From: Nemertoderma westbladi
Lineage: Eukaryota; Animalia; Xenacoelomorpha
Assembly (NCBI GenBank): GCA_032718475.1
Contig: JAUCBJ010003505.1
Location: forward strand, 1 to 62,703
Reading direction: 5' to 3'
DNA length: 62,703 bases
A program made the translations under genes and the position numbers. Positions within the stretch are counted from its first letter, which is position 1. Each line of letters begins with the position of its first letter. This document shows, piece after piece, positions 10,101 to 21,900 of this stretch. Under the pieces are notes generated by a model, which saw only the letters and a list, made by a program, of their open reading frames with translations, searched no databases and had not been told where the DNA came from.

Positions 10101-11295
10101 ATATAGTTGTCTTATCTACGGTCTACAGCCTAAATTTAACTACTTGTCCCGGACAACCCCGGAATTCACCGCAAAGTTAGACAGTGTAGAGCAATATATC
10201 GTGGACTCTTTGATTCCCTCACTAACAGGCCGGTCCCCACCAGGGCACACAGAGAGGGAGCTACTCGCCCTCCCAGTGAAAGAGGGCGGTATGGCCATAA
10301 ACCAACCTGGCGACTTAAGACACAGCTATGAACATTCACGTAGGATCTGTGAACCTTTGAGGGTCGAAGCTGAAAGTTACCGGCAATCTCAGAGACCAAT
10401 CGTCACTGAAATAATGAAGGAGAGGGCAGAACTTAGAAAGATCAAGTGTGAAACAGTTCACGATCAGCTGTCCTACGAGTCGAAGTACCTCCGTACACTT
10501 TCTTGCGAGAAGGGGGCCTCAGCATGGCTGTCAGCCATCCCTATTCAAAAATACGGATTTTCCCTACATAAAACAGCCTTCCGGGATAGTCTGTGTTTGC
10601 GATATGGGTGGCTGCCAGACAGGTTGCCTTCCCACTGTGTCTGCGGGATTCCATTCGACATCTCACACTGTCTCCATTGCCCGACAGGTGGTTACCCTAC
10701 CATAAGACACAATGAGATTAGGGACTACCTGGCCGAACTCCTCAACGAGGCAGCTCACGATGTTGAGGTAGAGCCCACCCTACAACCTGTGGAAGGCGAG
10801 GAGTTCCGGTTGGCCGGCACCACCCGCGAACCGGACGCCCGTCTCGATGTCGCCGCCAGTGGATTATGGGGAGGTCGTTTCGAAAGGATTTACGTCGACG
10901 TGAAGATTTTCAACCCTCTATGCGCGTCGAACCCTCGTTCCATTCCCTCCGCATACAGAAAACACGAAGGCGACAAGCGGAGAAAGTACGAGGAGCGAGT
11001 GAACTCGATCGAGCACGCCGGATTCGTGCCCTTCGTCATGACGACGACGGGTGGAGCCAGCCGAAGTGCGCATGCCATCATAAACCGGATCGCACTTATA
11101 ATATCCGAAAAGAGAAACTCTCCCTATTCAAAGACTGTGCCCCTTATAAGAACCCGGTTGAACTTCGCTCTTCTCCGGTCTTCAATTATGTGTCTACGGG
11201 GGGTTAGGACTCCAAAACAGAAACGCCTAATCCAACCCTTCCGTGACATAGGGATGGAGTGCGCGGCGACTGAGGGGTTAAACGGGGACATCTAA
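6562..11295 (+). CDS. non-LTR retrotransposon RT-RLE polyprotein (CRE-like)
   Basis: RT motifs: GPSGLD, RPIGVGEVLRRIIGK, DASNAFN, STQGDP, WFADD. Zinc finger: CVCG..HCLHC. RLE motifs: RHNEIRD, PDARLD, VDVK, KRRKY. Authentic coding in this frame probably starts near 7009. Confidence 0.9.
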   Translation: MAPAGGPNPGSRRHHFWGICRGRRSARSACRGRRFTRSACRGRRFARSACRRRRFARSACRWRRSARSACRWRRFARSACRWRQFARSACRWRRFARSACRWRRFARSACRWRRFARSACRWRRFAQSASRWRRFARSACRRRRFARLPGAPVVGVGSPRAPVELPGTELPSFHPASLEFNWNGIPGVTFERRLQTAYDEVVHWGANLFEVPRTQVGRQYICMITKLLKAFGEKSNMEGVALLAVMVAPKLLLQAAVKPSEGYGASASISQTLRRRLELWETGDISALVEEGRAIQVRRTKPVPRTDADKPRRDFVSRMNTGRIAAAMDVLTNGKGGSPMGLNEMVGDKTVKEILREKHPPAGPVDPSLIEDTWAESLIFHPVVFEGIKGEAILSAALHTHGSPGPSGLDADGWRRILTAFGNTSNDLRNAVAVVARRLATEYIDPRSAIAFNACRLVPIDKSPGVRPIGVGEVLRRIIGKAIMSYAKVDLERIAGNTQLCVGQMGGTEHAIHSLREKYESPECEGILLMDASNAFNALNRKLTLLNAHHICPILSVILTNTYREPTPLFVDNEVMWSKEGSTQGDPIGLAMYGVGTLPMIRKLGLLAIEPDPTSGTALPDGSVVGLSPPDGSVVGPSPPDGSVVGLSPPDGSVVGLSPPDESLVGLSPPDGSLAGLSPPDGSVVGLSPPDGSVVGQSPPDGSVVGLSPPDGSVVGLSPPDGSKVADESVLGLSRPDGSMEGLSPPPDGSVVGPSPPPPDGSVVGLSPPDGSKVAEGSGLGLSPPDGSKVGLSPPPDGSVVGPSPPPPDGSVVGLSPPPDGFVAGPSPPPDGSVVGQSPPPPDGSVVGQSPPPPDGSVVGLSPPPPDGSVVGLSPPPADGSVVGLAPPPADGSVVGLSLPPADGPVVGLSLPPAGGSVMGLSHPPADGSVGGLSLRPADGPVAGLSPPSADGSVVGLSLPPADGSVVGLSPPPADGSVVGLSLPPADGSVVGLSPPPPDGSVVGLSPPPADGSVVGLSPPPADGSVVGLSLPPADGSVVGLSPPQADGSVAGPSPPSADGPANHPSEPSITQKWFADDGNVAGRLRRLRAYWEKVNMIGPGYGYFPNAKKSVLIVKDEHRAIAEDIFAGTGVQLTDGYRVLGSVIGSPRACETFLTERVEQLIDQLTRLKEFAVTAPHPAYSCLIYGLQPKFNYLSRTTPEFTAKLDSVEQYIVDSLIPSLTGRSPPGHTERELLALPVKEGGMAINQPGDLRHSYEHSRRICEPLRVEAESYRQSQRPIVTEIMKERAELRKIKCETVHDQLSYESKYLRTLSCEKGASAWLSAIPIQKYGFSLHKTAFRDSLCLRYGWLPDRLPSHCVCGIPFDISHCLHCPTGGYPTIRHNEIRDYLAELLNEAAHDVEVEPTLQPVEGEEFRLAGTTREPDARLDVAASGLWGGRFERIYVDVKIFNPLCASNPRSIPSAYRKHEGDKRRKYEERVNSIEHAGFVPFVMTTTGGASRSAHAIINRIALIISEKRNSPYSKTVPLIRTRLNFALLRSSIMCLRGVRTPKQKRLIQPFRDIGMECAATEGLNGDI
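6611..7045 (+). repeat. 30-bp coding minisatellite (GAPVVGAGSP), ~14 units
   Basis: Unit ggagcgcctgtcgttggcgccggttcgccc. Confidence 0.95.
8418..9745 (+). repeat. 30/33/36-bp in-frame minisatellite (DGSVVGLSPP[P][A]), ~40 units, inside the RT domain
   Basis: Unit gacgggtctgtggtgggtctgtctcctccc with a variable CCT count. It lies between QGDP and WFADD. Confidence 0.95.
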
Positions 11296-11666
11296 GGGTT
11301 CTGGTAACTGGCCGCGAATATGGATAACAATAGTGTAACTGGAGAAAGAAGGTGGACAAAGAAATGATAACTTCTTATTGATGCTACTTATTGGACCTTC
11401 TTTTAATATTAACTATTTTAATAATTTTGTAACTTTAATACAGTACGTTGATTTTATCAGTTCGTGCTACTACTACGGCAACATATTACGTTCTTTTGAA
11501 TAAAAAATTCCATGTGAAGGAGGTGGGTGACATTAAAGTAATCATAAAACTATAAAATAATTATTTAACATGATGATTAATATTATATATATTGCCCAAT
11601 AACTCTATAATATAATGCTTATAGATATAGATAATAATACAGTATAGTTTAAGATTAAAAAAAAAA

Positions 11667-11698
11667 ACTGGTACTGGTACTGGTACTGGTACTGGTAC
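11667..11698. repeat. (GTACTG)n, ~5 units, 3' flank of the retrotransposon
   Basis: Starts immediately after the poly(A). Confidence 0.95.
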
Positions 11699-12947
11699 CG
11701 GTAATGATGATAACAGGGTTGTAAGTATTAGTTCAGGTGCGGCATGAAGGTGCGTCATTTTTAGGAAATACCGGCACGTCCATGTATTTAAAGCTAAAAA
11801 TACGCCATTTGCAGAAAAATAATTTGTTTTAATTTCTCTTGTATGCACCTGTATCTGTAGGAAAAAAAACGTACAATCTTTATTCATGTGATATCGGTTA
11901 TAAATCGGTTAAAAATGCAATTTTGTGGAATAAAAGAAATAATATGTCTTATTATGTTTGTAAGTAGTTGATTGTTGTGCTAATGTTTCACTTTCTGGTA
12001 TAATGTGGGTCATTCGATCGATATTGATTGATGCAGAATTTATCTATTTTTTTTTATTATTAAAAATATTCATTAATATTAAATTATGTTTATTTCTTCT
12101 TATTAACTCCCGTTGCAATTATGGTAAACAAATCGCGATAAAGAGCCATTTACTATGAATAAAAAATCAGAGTGTGCCACTTCTATTCATATCCCCAAGA
12201 TAACCGCTCTTTCGATGCGCTAGCTGTTATTTACAACTTCCAAAATAGCGGTAGGCCTAAATTAAGCGTGTATCGAAGCGGCATTAACTGGAGTGATATG
12301 AGGCGATTAGCGTAGAACAGGTAGGATTAATCGTAGTTTAATGAAGACAGCACGGAGGCGAATTAAAGCCGACTTACCTACCTAATTTCACGGTTTAAGG
12401 AACAGACTTGGCCCCTGTTGAGTTTCATAGTGGGATGATCCTTACTGAGCCTTAGTAGTAGGCCATCAGCCTCTCCTTAGAAGGGGCCCTTAGCTATTAC
12501 TGATTCACCCACTCTATGACTACTTGTATCATTACTTACCCCGTTACTTTGAGCACCGATGAGGCGTTATAGCCATCTATGGAGTTGTGTGCCACGCTCC
12601 TAGATCTCAGCCAATAGCCTTTGAGTTTATTATCTAGCCCAATATTTACACGCGAATGCACGCAAATCATTGGAGTGGAAGCTCACGCTCTCTACCAATG
12701 GGGCGTCTCTATGAGAAGCTAAACTATCTCAGCCGGTCCTTAATCATAATAAACCGACCAATCTGATGCCGTCTAAGTTGTAATCAAAATCATCTTGACA
12801 AATTGGAGATCGTTCTGGGTGTAAACCTTGAGAATAAGTTTATTAAACTTATCTGCTAATAAATAATGATGTTTCACATTATAATCTACTGTAAATTGAT
12901 ATTCTTTTAGAGTTTAGATTTTTTCAAATTTCGAATTGTCTAGGAAA

Positions 12948-15900
12948 ATGTTTGGTAATCAGTGGGACCAACTACCGAAACATGCTAAACCAATCGACGT
13001 GGATTTTACTATGAATTCTAGAACATTAAATCTCGCTCGCCAGGGAAGCACTGAAGTTAAGGTAGACGACATTTGTGACCACTTTTCTCCGACCTCTGGG
13101 TGTCACAATGCGTGTAATGACGTCTACTCCAGCCCACCTTTGTTGTATTCCCCATACGGGGATTTAGTTGAGGTTTCGTCCTACAAGGGAACTAGTCTGG
13201 GGTCTATGATTGTACGAAATGGTCCTTCCCCCACACACTCAACGCAATCATGCGCTGCTAACTCTTACGAACTTAGTAACGATAATTTTACACATGATCA
13301 TAATTCCAGAAATAACGTATCTTTGTTTCAGTCTCCCATGTACTGTAGAACCCAACCTTCACACCCACGCAGTAGTTACTCCAAAGGTTTCGCACATACC
13401 GCCAATCTCCACGGTAACACAAACTGCACTCAGTCTATCAGTAACTTGAAGTTCAGTATCAGATCCATTCTAGGCCCCAATGTAGATGATAATCACGAGA
13501 CATCGACGCTTGTTGTTGGGAATTCTTCACTGAACGACCTATCAGAAGCTACAGTGTCACACATTCCTACCGTCACAGGTAAGAAGTGTGTGATAACTTG
13601 CAATTCTCAATTGCATGAGTTTAGTGAGTTTTATAATTATTTACATTTTATTACCTTTAATCAAACATAAAATGATATTTTTTTGAGTTTTATTCGAAAC
13701 TCACATTTATAGTTTTTGAGACTAGAAAGGAGACCTCAACTGTTTTAGGATGTGTGCCTAATGGTTACTCCAAATTATTTTTAGTTCGGTTATACTTTGG
13801 TTTATGTATGATGATCGACCATGAATGAGTACGGTAACCTCAGCTCAGCTGCCGTACTGTAATGGGCCATACATTGAGAGAAAACAATAGAGAGATTCAC
13901 CGCTAGAATAATATATGTCGTACGAAAACAAGGAAGGGGAGCATAACGATAATTAAATCACATCATGTGTCTGAGAAAAAGTTACGAGAAACTAAATGAA
14001 TAATTTATGAGAATTTAATTCTAATTTCGCACGTAGGTACAACAAACTAGCAGTGGGTGCATGGATTGCCCTTTCTATAAAACAATAAGGGTTGGGGGAC
14101 ATATCACGGGGAATTTTATATCCCACTAAACAGCTTTGGCAGTTTACAGTTAAAATTGTCATGTAACACTAATTGAAGGATAACAAAATAACTAATAAAA
14201 AATAATTTGCGGAATTTTGAACAATATTGCCTTAGGCCCGATAAATCTGTTTTCATGTAATGGGGTAGTCATTAGGCAGAATTTGCAATTTTACTAATAC
14301 TTTATTCCATACACTTGGACAGAAGTAGATGAATTTCAGTCAATTGGAAATATTGACAAAAAGATACCTCTTTCTTATAGTTTTTGTCATCGAATAACAT
14401 CATCTTCTTTAACAATTTCATGCACATATAATAATTAATTCTGCTATTTACCCGACAACCATAAATAAATTAATAATTGGAGTGTAAATAGTGGTGGTGA
14501 ACGGTATTCTACGCAAGCGATAAATCGAACCCCTTCCACCCTCTCCTCCCTAAATCGAAATAGGCAATCATAAAATCATCAAAGCATTCGTAAATTTTTG
14601 AGTAATTAGTTGGTAATTCGATTACATTTAAGGACATCATCAAACGATTCACGTACAACCAAGTGTTTTAAATCTTAATTGAAGTAATGATGGGTATCTT
14701 TGTCGTCTATAATTGTAATCGAATGAGCCTCTATTGGGGCTGGTAATGGCCGGCGCAGATCGCCCCAACCTGTCACCAAAACCCATTTATGGTTTATAAT
14801 GACCTCAGATCGTTTTGGGTGAAACGTAATCGTTTGTTCGTAATCCGATGCGTTATTATATGTTTGGCTGGATGTTGTCCCGTGCCCGTGTGGTTGTGTG
14901 ATGGAAATTTATACAGATAATGTAATGTAATGCAACTTATAATTAATTTTTGTAGCAAAAAATGTTGCAAGTTTGGCTGATGAAGATCTATCAGACCTCC
15001 ACTTTCCACTAACACACGGCGTAAACCCCCATCCAGGTTTGGGTATGTGGAATTCTCGAGCCTTGCCCTGCACATACGATTTTCTGTCCACAGGTTTGTT
15101 TATACTTACTTACAACGTATTCGCATATATTTGGTATGGAATATCTTATTGATTTGATTTTAACTAATTTTAATAATTCTCCGCAGTTTATTTACAATTA
15201 TAATCTGATTACCGTAATACATATATAATTTTTACAAGGATCTTAACGACACTTTACAAAGCCCAATTCGAGAATGGCTAATTATTATGGCAAAATCTTG
15301 AAAGCTGGTGCCCCTGTGTGCCTCCACCCCCCCACCCCCTCTGTACCGTAGGGGCACCAGATTTCGTACCATGGAGGCGTGATCGATTAGCGATATAAAA
15401 TATTAGTCAAACATTCCTAATTTTTGGTAATAAACTTCAGTTGTAGTTCGGTCGAAGTGTGGGCACTTGGTGGTCGCTCGGTCGATAATGTACTTACTTA
15501 CCAACGCTATTTGACTTAATGGAGTTTTATTAGCTTTTCAGTAGTACGAGTTCACACTGCAGCTGATTACAATAAAACTCAGTCAATATTTTTGTAGAAG
15601 TCGTTGCTGTATTTAAGTCTTTCTTTTCTGGGGAAGAATGAGTGCAACGTTTTATGCAGCACAGCAAACAATAATTATTAGCCTAACCTATTCCACTATT
15701 CCCTTTGTATTCTATAGGCAACATAATCCCCAGCCCCTACTTTCCCCCAACCGGTGGTGCCTACTATTGGCCGTTCGCTTCTCGAGGTAAACCCCGACGT
15801 GGAATGCTCCGTAGAGCGGTATTCTCCGACGCACAACGTCGCGGGCTCGAGAGGAAGTTCCGCGAACTCAAATACATAAGTAAACCGGACCGGAAAGAGC

Positions 15901-18900
15901 TCGCCAATAAGTTAGATTTGAGAGACTCGCAGGTGAGTTATTTCACTTAATAAGCCGCTACGATTACCTTATATTGAGGATCGGTTTGCACTAAGGTGTA
16001 GTAGTAGTACCGGGGGACCCAGGTACAACAGCGCACCCAGATCTGACAGTCAGCCATTCACTTTCCTAATTCATCCCAATTCTCAAGTCTTGTGTCCTTG
16101 AACAGGCGTTTGAAGAAAGGCATGCTAGCCTATTCTCACCAGAGGGCTGGTTGATCCTGCCGACGAAAACAGGGCCAGATACTGTAGCTTCAAGTATCTG
16201 CAGGGTGCCATAGTTGTGTGTATTAGGCAACTTTGTGCACGATCACCTACATGAGTACTACGTTATAGCAATGGATTTTTAATAATAAACATTTTTAATA
16301 TTTATTATGAGTATTGTTATTATTTTAAAACATAACGAATATTTTGTTAATAATAAACATTTTTAATATTTATTATCAGTATTGTTATTATTTTAAAACA
16401 TAACGAATATTTTGTTGTGGAAGTGCATGAAATAATGCGTAATTTTGACTATAGTTTATAAACCTAAAAGTAGCTTTGCACATCACTTGATTTGATCTGT
16501 TCTGATCAAACATTCTTCGCCACTTCTTCCTAACTCGAGTCATAAATGCCGACTATTTAAAATAAATTATAGAAGACAAGCTTGCCAGCGAGAGCTGGCA
16601 ATATGGACGGATCCATTGCTATCAATATTGTTGTAATAAATTACGCGCCTATGCAGGGAAGCCTAATAACGAAAAACGCAAAACGAAACAGGGCAAAGTA
16701 CCGTCTGTACACCACAATTATTATTTTATTGTTTGTTGTAATGAATTACGCGCATAAGCAGAGTAGCCTAATAAGTAATAATAACGAATGAGAACCCAAT
16801 AGTTGTTAATGAGGACCAGACAGCTCTCTCAATTACACTGCTACTTGCTTGTACCTCCACACTGAACCTCCAATAGGATGTCTTGGCAACGATATTCGGG
16901 ATTGGCTAGCCAGTATGATAATAGTATAATATAGTATTATATTGTAGGGCCTATTTTAAAAAAACACTGTTTGTTAGAAATGTATCTTCTCCTGCAACCA
17001 ACAGGTCCCTCGCAACCAAAACCTTGCATACACAACTAGGTCCGATAATAAACCTATCATCAAAGTTTCATCCAATTCCATCAACATTAAGTGAAAGAAG
17101 TTGTGTGTACAAACAAACAAACACGCGTGGGAAATAAGGACATCCACTTCTTGGATCCGTCCTTTACCTACATTGGCAAAGACGACACCAAAGTGTTACC
17201 TCGGCGTCTTACTAGCCTATCATGGTGTGCTACATACTTTGCAATTTCTTTTGCTATTATCTTAATCTCCATCGGACATCATTGGCTCTGTTTGATGCAG
17301 TGTGTTGCGTAACAAGCCCCTAATTACAATTTAACCCAAAGCAATCTGTAACAGCTTACTGATAATCTACAAGGTAGCTATATTTAATCTACACAGAAGT
17401 GCTTTACATACAGGAGTTTGTATTAATTAAGGCACCGTTCTCTTTTTGCCGCTCGTGGTCCCCGCATGGCACAGATGGGAATTATTGGCTTGTTAATGAG
17501 CGATTTGTGTGGCTCGATAACGCCTTAATGTGTAACGTAACGGTCCCGGATTAATCGACAACCATCAACAACAACGTATCGTGTAATTTCCCCCACGCAC
17601 CAGTTTCTTTAACTACTGCATGCCCCACACTGCACGTACATTAGGTATTGAAAATTGAAAATATTTAGTTATTTTAATTTTCCCTCTATGTGAAATTATT
17701 GTGAAAGTAAATGTGGAAATAAAGATTGCCATAAAGTTTGTTTTATCAATTCGTTTTCACTAAATGCTGTAACCTGTTCTGCAGTGCTTCTTCATGAAGA
17801 ATAATTCACTCATAATCTATCCCATGCTTCTTTCTCCCCCATAATGGCATTGTAAGAAGTGCAAGGAGTTTGTTGTTTCTTCCCCCGCAAATGTAATTAT
17901 TTTTATTCCAAAATTGTAACATTACTCAACGCCGTTAGTATTAACAGCGAGTGGTTATTTAGCACTTTACAACTTTAGAGGACATTACAGCATTGTATTG
18001 GCCTGTACATTTTGTATTGTATTTAGTGTTATTGTTTACGTGGTAACCATGACGGCGTTAAGTAATGTCCACTAAGGGGACATAACTTAACGCCGTCATT
18101 GGATACCACGTAAACAATAGGTGGAAATTTGCCTGACAGCCAGATAGGCCTACCGCATTACCTACCGGTAGGCGGGGTATAGCTATTAATAACCAGTAGG
18201 GCCTAGCTATATTATTATAACATGGCTCCAAACGCCGCGATAAATATAAGCTAACTTATTTATAACATAATTTATGTAATTTTTACAATTATTTATACAG
18301 CAACTAATATAATTTTTGCAGTTTCTATCACTTATAATGTATATGTACAATCATTTCGTAATGTTACAATTTTGGAATAAAACTACATACATACTTGTTG
18401 CAAAGTACTTTACAGTGTTCTGATCCTCGTGGCTTTATTTGCACTCACTCACTAACGTTCGTTCGTGTAACAAAGTCACTCAGATCATCACACTGTAAAG
18501 TGTTACTTTACACAAGTATGTAAATAGTTATTATATGCATATTATATTGGTTTGGTATGAAGCAAATTTTTAATTATTAAATCTTTATGTAGGTAAAAAT
18601 CTGGTTCCAAAATCGGCGCATGAAATGGCGTAATTCAAAAGAGCGAGAGTTAAATTCCCAGGTAAGTTCACTTTAACTCAATGTAAGTGAGTGGTCAGGT
18701 AAGTTCACTTTAACTCAATATAAGTGAGTGGTCAGGTACGTTCACTTTAACTCAATGTAAGTCAGTGGTCAGGTAAGTTTACTTTAACTCAATATAAGTG
18801 AGTGGTCAGGTAAGTTCACTTTAACTCAATGTAAGTGAGTGGTCAGGTAAGTTCACTTTAACTCAATGTAAGTGAGTGGTCAGGTAAGTTTATTTTAACT

Positions 18901-21900
18901 CAATGTAAGTCAGTGGTCAGGTAAGTTTACTTTAACTCAATATAAGTGAGTGGTCAGGTAAGTTCACTTTAACTCAATGTAAGTGAGTGGTCAGGTAAGT
19001 TCACTTTAACTCAATGTAAGTGAGTGGTCAGGTAAGTTTATTTTAACTCAATTTAAGTGAGTGGTCAGGTAAGTTCACTTTAACTCAATGTAAGTAAGTG
19101 GTCAGGTAAGTTCACTTTAACTCAATGTAAGTCAGTGGTCAGGTAAGTTTACTTTAACTCAATATAAGTGAGTGGTCAGGTAAGTTCACTTTAACTCAAT
19201 GTAAGTGAGTGGTCAGGTAAGTTCACTTTAACTCAATGTAAGTGAGTGGTCAGGTAAGTTTATTTTAACTCAATTTAAGTGAGTGGTCAGGTAAGTTCAC
19301 TTTAACTCAATGTAAGTAAGTGGTCAGGTAAGTTCACTTTAACTCAATGTAAGTGAGTGGTCAGGAAAGTTCACTTTAACTCAATGTAATGAGTGGTCAG
19401 GTAAGTTCACTTTAACTCAATGTAAGTGAGTGGTCAGGTAAGTTCACTTTAACTCAATGTAAGTGAGTGGTCAGGTAAGTTCACTTTAACTCAATGTAAG
19501 TGAGTGGTCAGGTAAGTTCACTTTAACTCAATGTAAGTGAGTGGTCAGGTAAGTTCACTTTAACTCAATGTAAGTGAGTGGTAAGTTCACTTTAACTCAA
19601 TGTAAGTGAGTGGTCAGGTATGTTCACTTTAACTCAATGTAAGTGAGTGGTCAGGTAAGTTCATTTTAACTCAATATAAGTGAGTGGTCAGGTAAGTTCT
19701 TTTTAACTCAATTTAAGTGAGTGGTCAGGTAAGTTCATTTAAACTCAATATAAGTGAGTGGTCAAGGTAACTTCATTTTAACTCAATTTAAGTGAGTGGT
19801 CAGGTAAGTTCACTTTAACTCAATGTAAGTGAGTGGTCAGGTGTAACTAGTTCATTTTAACTCAATGTAAGTGAGTGTTAAGGTAAGTTCACTTTAACTC
19901 AATGTAAGTGAGTGGTCAGGTATAAAGTTCACTTTAACTCAATGTAAGTGAGTGGTCAGGTAAGTTCACTTTAACTCAATGTAAGTGAGTGGTCAGGTAA
20001 GTTCACTTTAATTCAATGTATGTGAGTGGTCAGGTAAGTTCACTTTAATTCAATGTATGTGAGTGGTCAGGTATAAAGTTCATTTTAACTCAATGTAAGT
20101 GAGTGGTCAGGTAAGTTAATTTTAATTCAATGTATAAGTGAGTGGTCAGGTAAGTTCACTTTAACTCAATGTAAGTGAGTGGTCAGGTAAGTTCACTTTA
20201 ATTCAATGTATGTGAGTGGTCAGGTGTAACTAGTTCATTTTAACTCAATGTAAGTGAGTGTTCAGGTAAGTTCACTTTAACTCAATGTAAGTGAGTGGTC
20301 AGGTATAAAGTTCACTTTAACTCAATGTAAGTGAGTGGTCAGGTAAGTTCACTTTAACTCAATGTAAGTGAGTGGTCAGGTAAGTTCACTTTAATTCAAT
20401 GTATGTGAGTGGTCAGGTAAGTTCACTTTAATTCAATGTATGTGAGTGGTCAGGTATAAAGTTCATTTTAGCTCAATGTAAGTGAGTGGTCAGGTAAGTT
20501 AATTTTAATTCAATGTATAAGTGAGTGGTCAGGTAAGTTCACTTTAACTCAATGTAAATGAGTGGTCAGGTAAGTTCACTTTAATTCAATGTAAGTGAGT
20601 GGTCAAGGTAACTTCATTTTAACTCAATTTAAGTGAGTGGTCAGGTAAGTTAATTTTAATTCAATGTATAAGTGAGTGGTCAGGTATGTTCACTTTAACT
20701 TAATGTAAGTGAGTGGTCAGGTGTAACTAGTTCATTTTAACTCAATGTAAGTGAGTGTTCAGGTAAGTTCACTTTAACTCAATGTAAGTGAGTGGTCAGG
20801 TATAAAGTTCACTTTAACTCAATGTAAGTGAGTGGTCAGGTAAGTTCACTTTAACTCAATGTAAATGAGTGGTCAGGTAAGTTCACTTTAACTCAATGTA
20901 AGTGAGTGGTCAGGTAAGTTCATTTTAACTCAATATAAGTGAGTGGTCAGGTAAGTTCTTTTTAACTCAATTTAAGTGAGTGGTCAGGTAAGTTCATTTT
21001 AACTCAATATAAGTGAGTGGTCAAGGTAACTTCATTTTAACTCAATTTAAGTGAGTGGTCAGGTAAGTTCACTTTAACTCAATGTAAGTGAGTGGTCAGG
21101 TGTAACTAGTTCATTTTAACTCAATGTAAGTGAGTGTTCAGGTAAGTTCACTTTAACTCAATGTAAGTGAGTGGTCAGGTAAGTTCACTTTAATTCAATG
21201 TATGTGAGTGGTCAGGTAAGTTCACTTTAATTCAATGTATGTGAGTGGTCAGGTATAAAGTTCACTTTAACTCAATGTAAGTGAGTGGTCAGGTAAGTTC
21301 ACTTTAACTCAATGTAAGTGAGTGGTCAGGTATAAAGTTCACTTTAACTCAATGTAAGTGAGTGGTCAGGTAAGTTCACTTTAACTCAATGTAAGTGAGT
21401 GGTCAGGTAAGTTCACTTTAATTCAATGTATGTGAGTGGTCAGGTAAGTTCACTTTAATTCAATGTATGTGAGTGGTCAGGTATAAAGTTCACTTTAACT
21501 CAATGTAAGTGAGTGGTCAGGTAAGTTCACTTTAACTCAATGTAAGTGAGTGGTCAGGTAACTTTACTTTAACTCAATATAAGTGAGTGGTCAGGTAAGT
21601 TCATTTTAACTCAATATAAGTGAGTGGTCAAGGTAACTTCATTTTAACTCAATTTAAGTGAGTGGTCAGGTAAGTTCACTTTAACTCAATGTAAGTGAGT
21701 GGTCAGGTGTAACTAGTTCATTTTAACTCAATGTAAGTGTTAAAAGATAAAACAAAAGAAGGACTGTCAGCCACAGGTATGAAAAAATAGTAGGTAATTA
21801 GGCCTAGTACTATATGTATATACTCACTGTATATGTGCGTTATACATTGATAAAGATAGCCATTGGCTTACGAAACGTCTGCTAGGCCTAATTACCTACT

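Larger units (their letters stand above)
6081..11667 (+). mobile_element. apparently full-length CRE-like non-LTR retrotransposon (RT plus restriction-like endonuclease) inserted in (GTACTG)n
   Basis: It has a Cys-rich N-terminus, an RT domain, a CCHC finger and a PD..D RLE. An AT-rich 3'UTR and a poly(A) at 11657..11667 follow, and then (GTACTG)n resumes. Confidence 0.9.
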
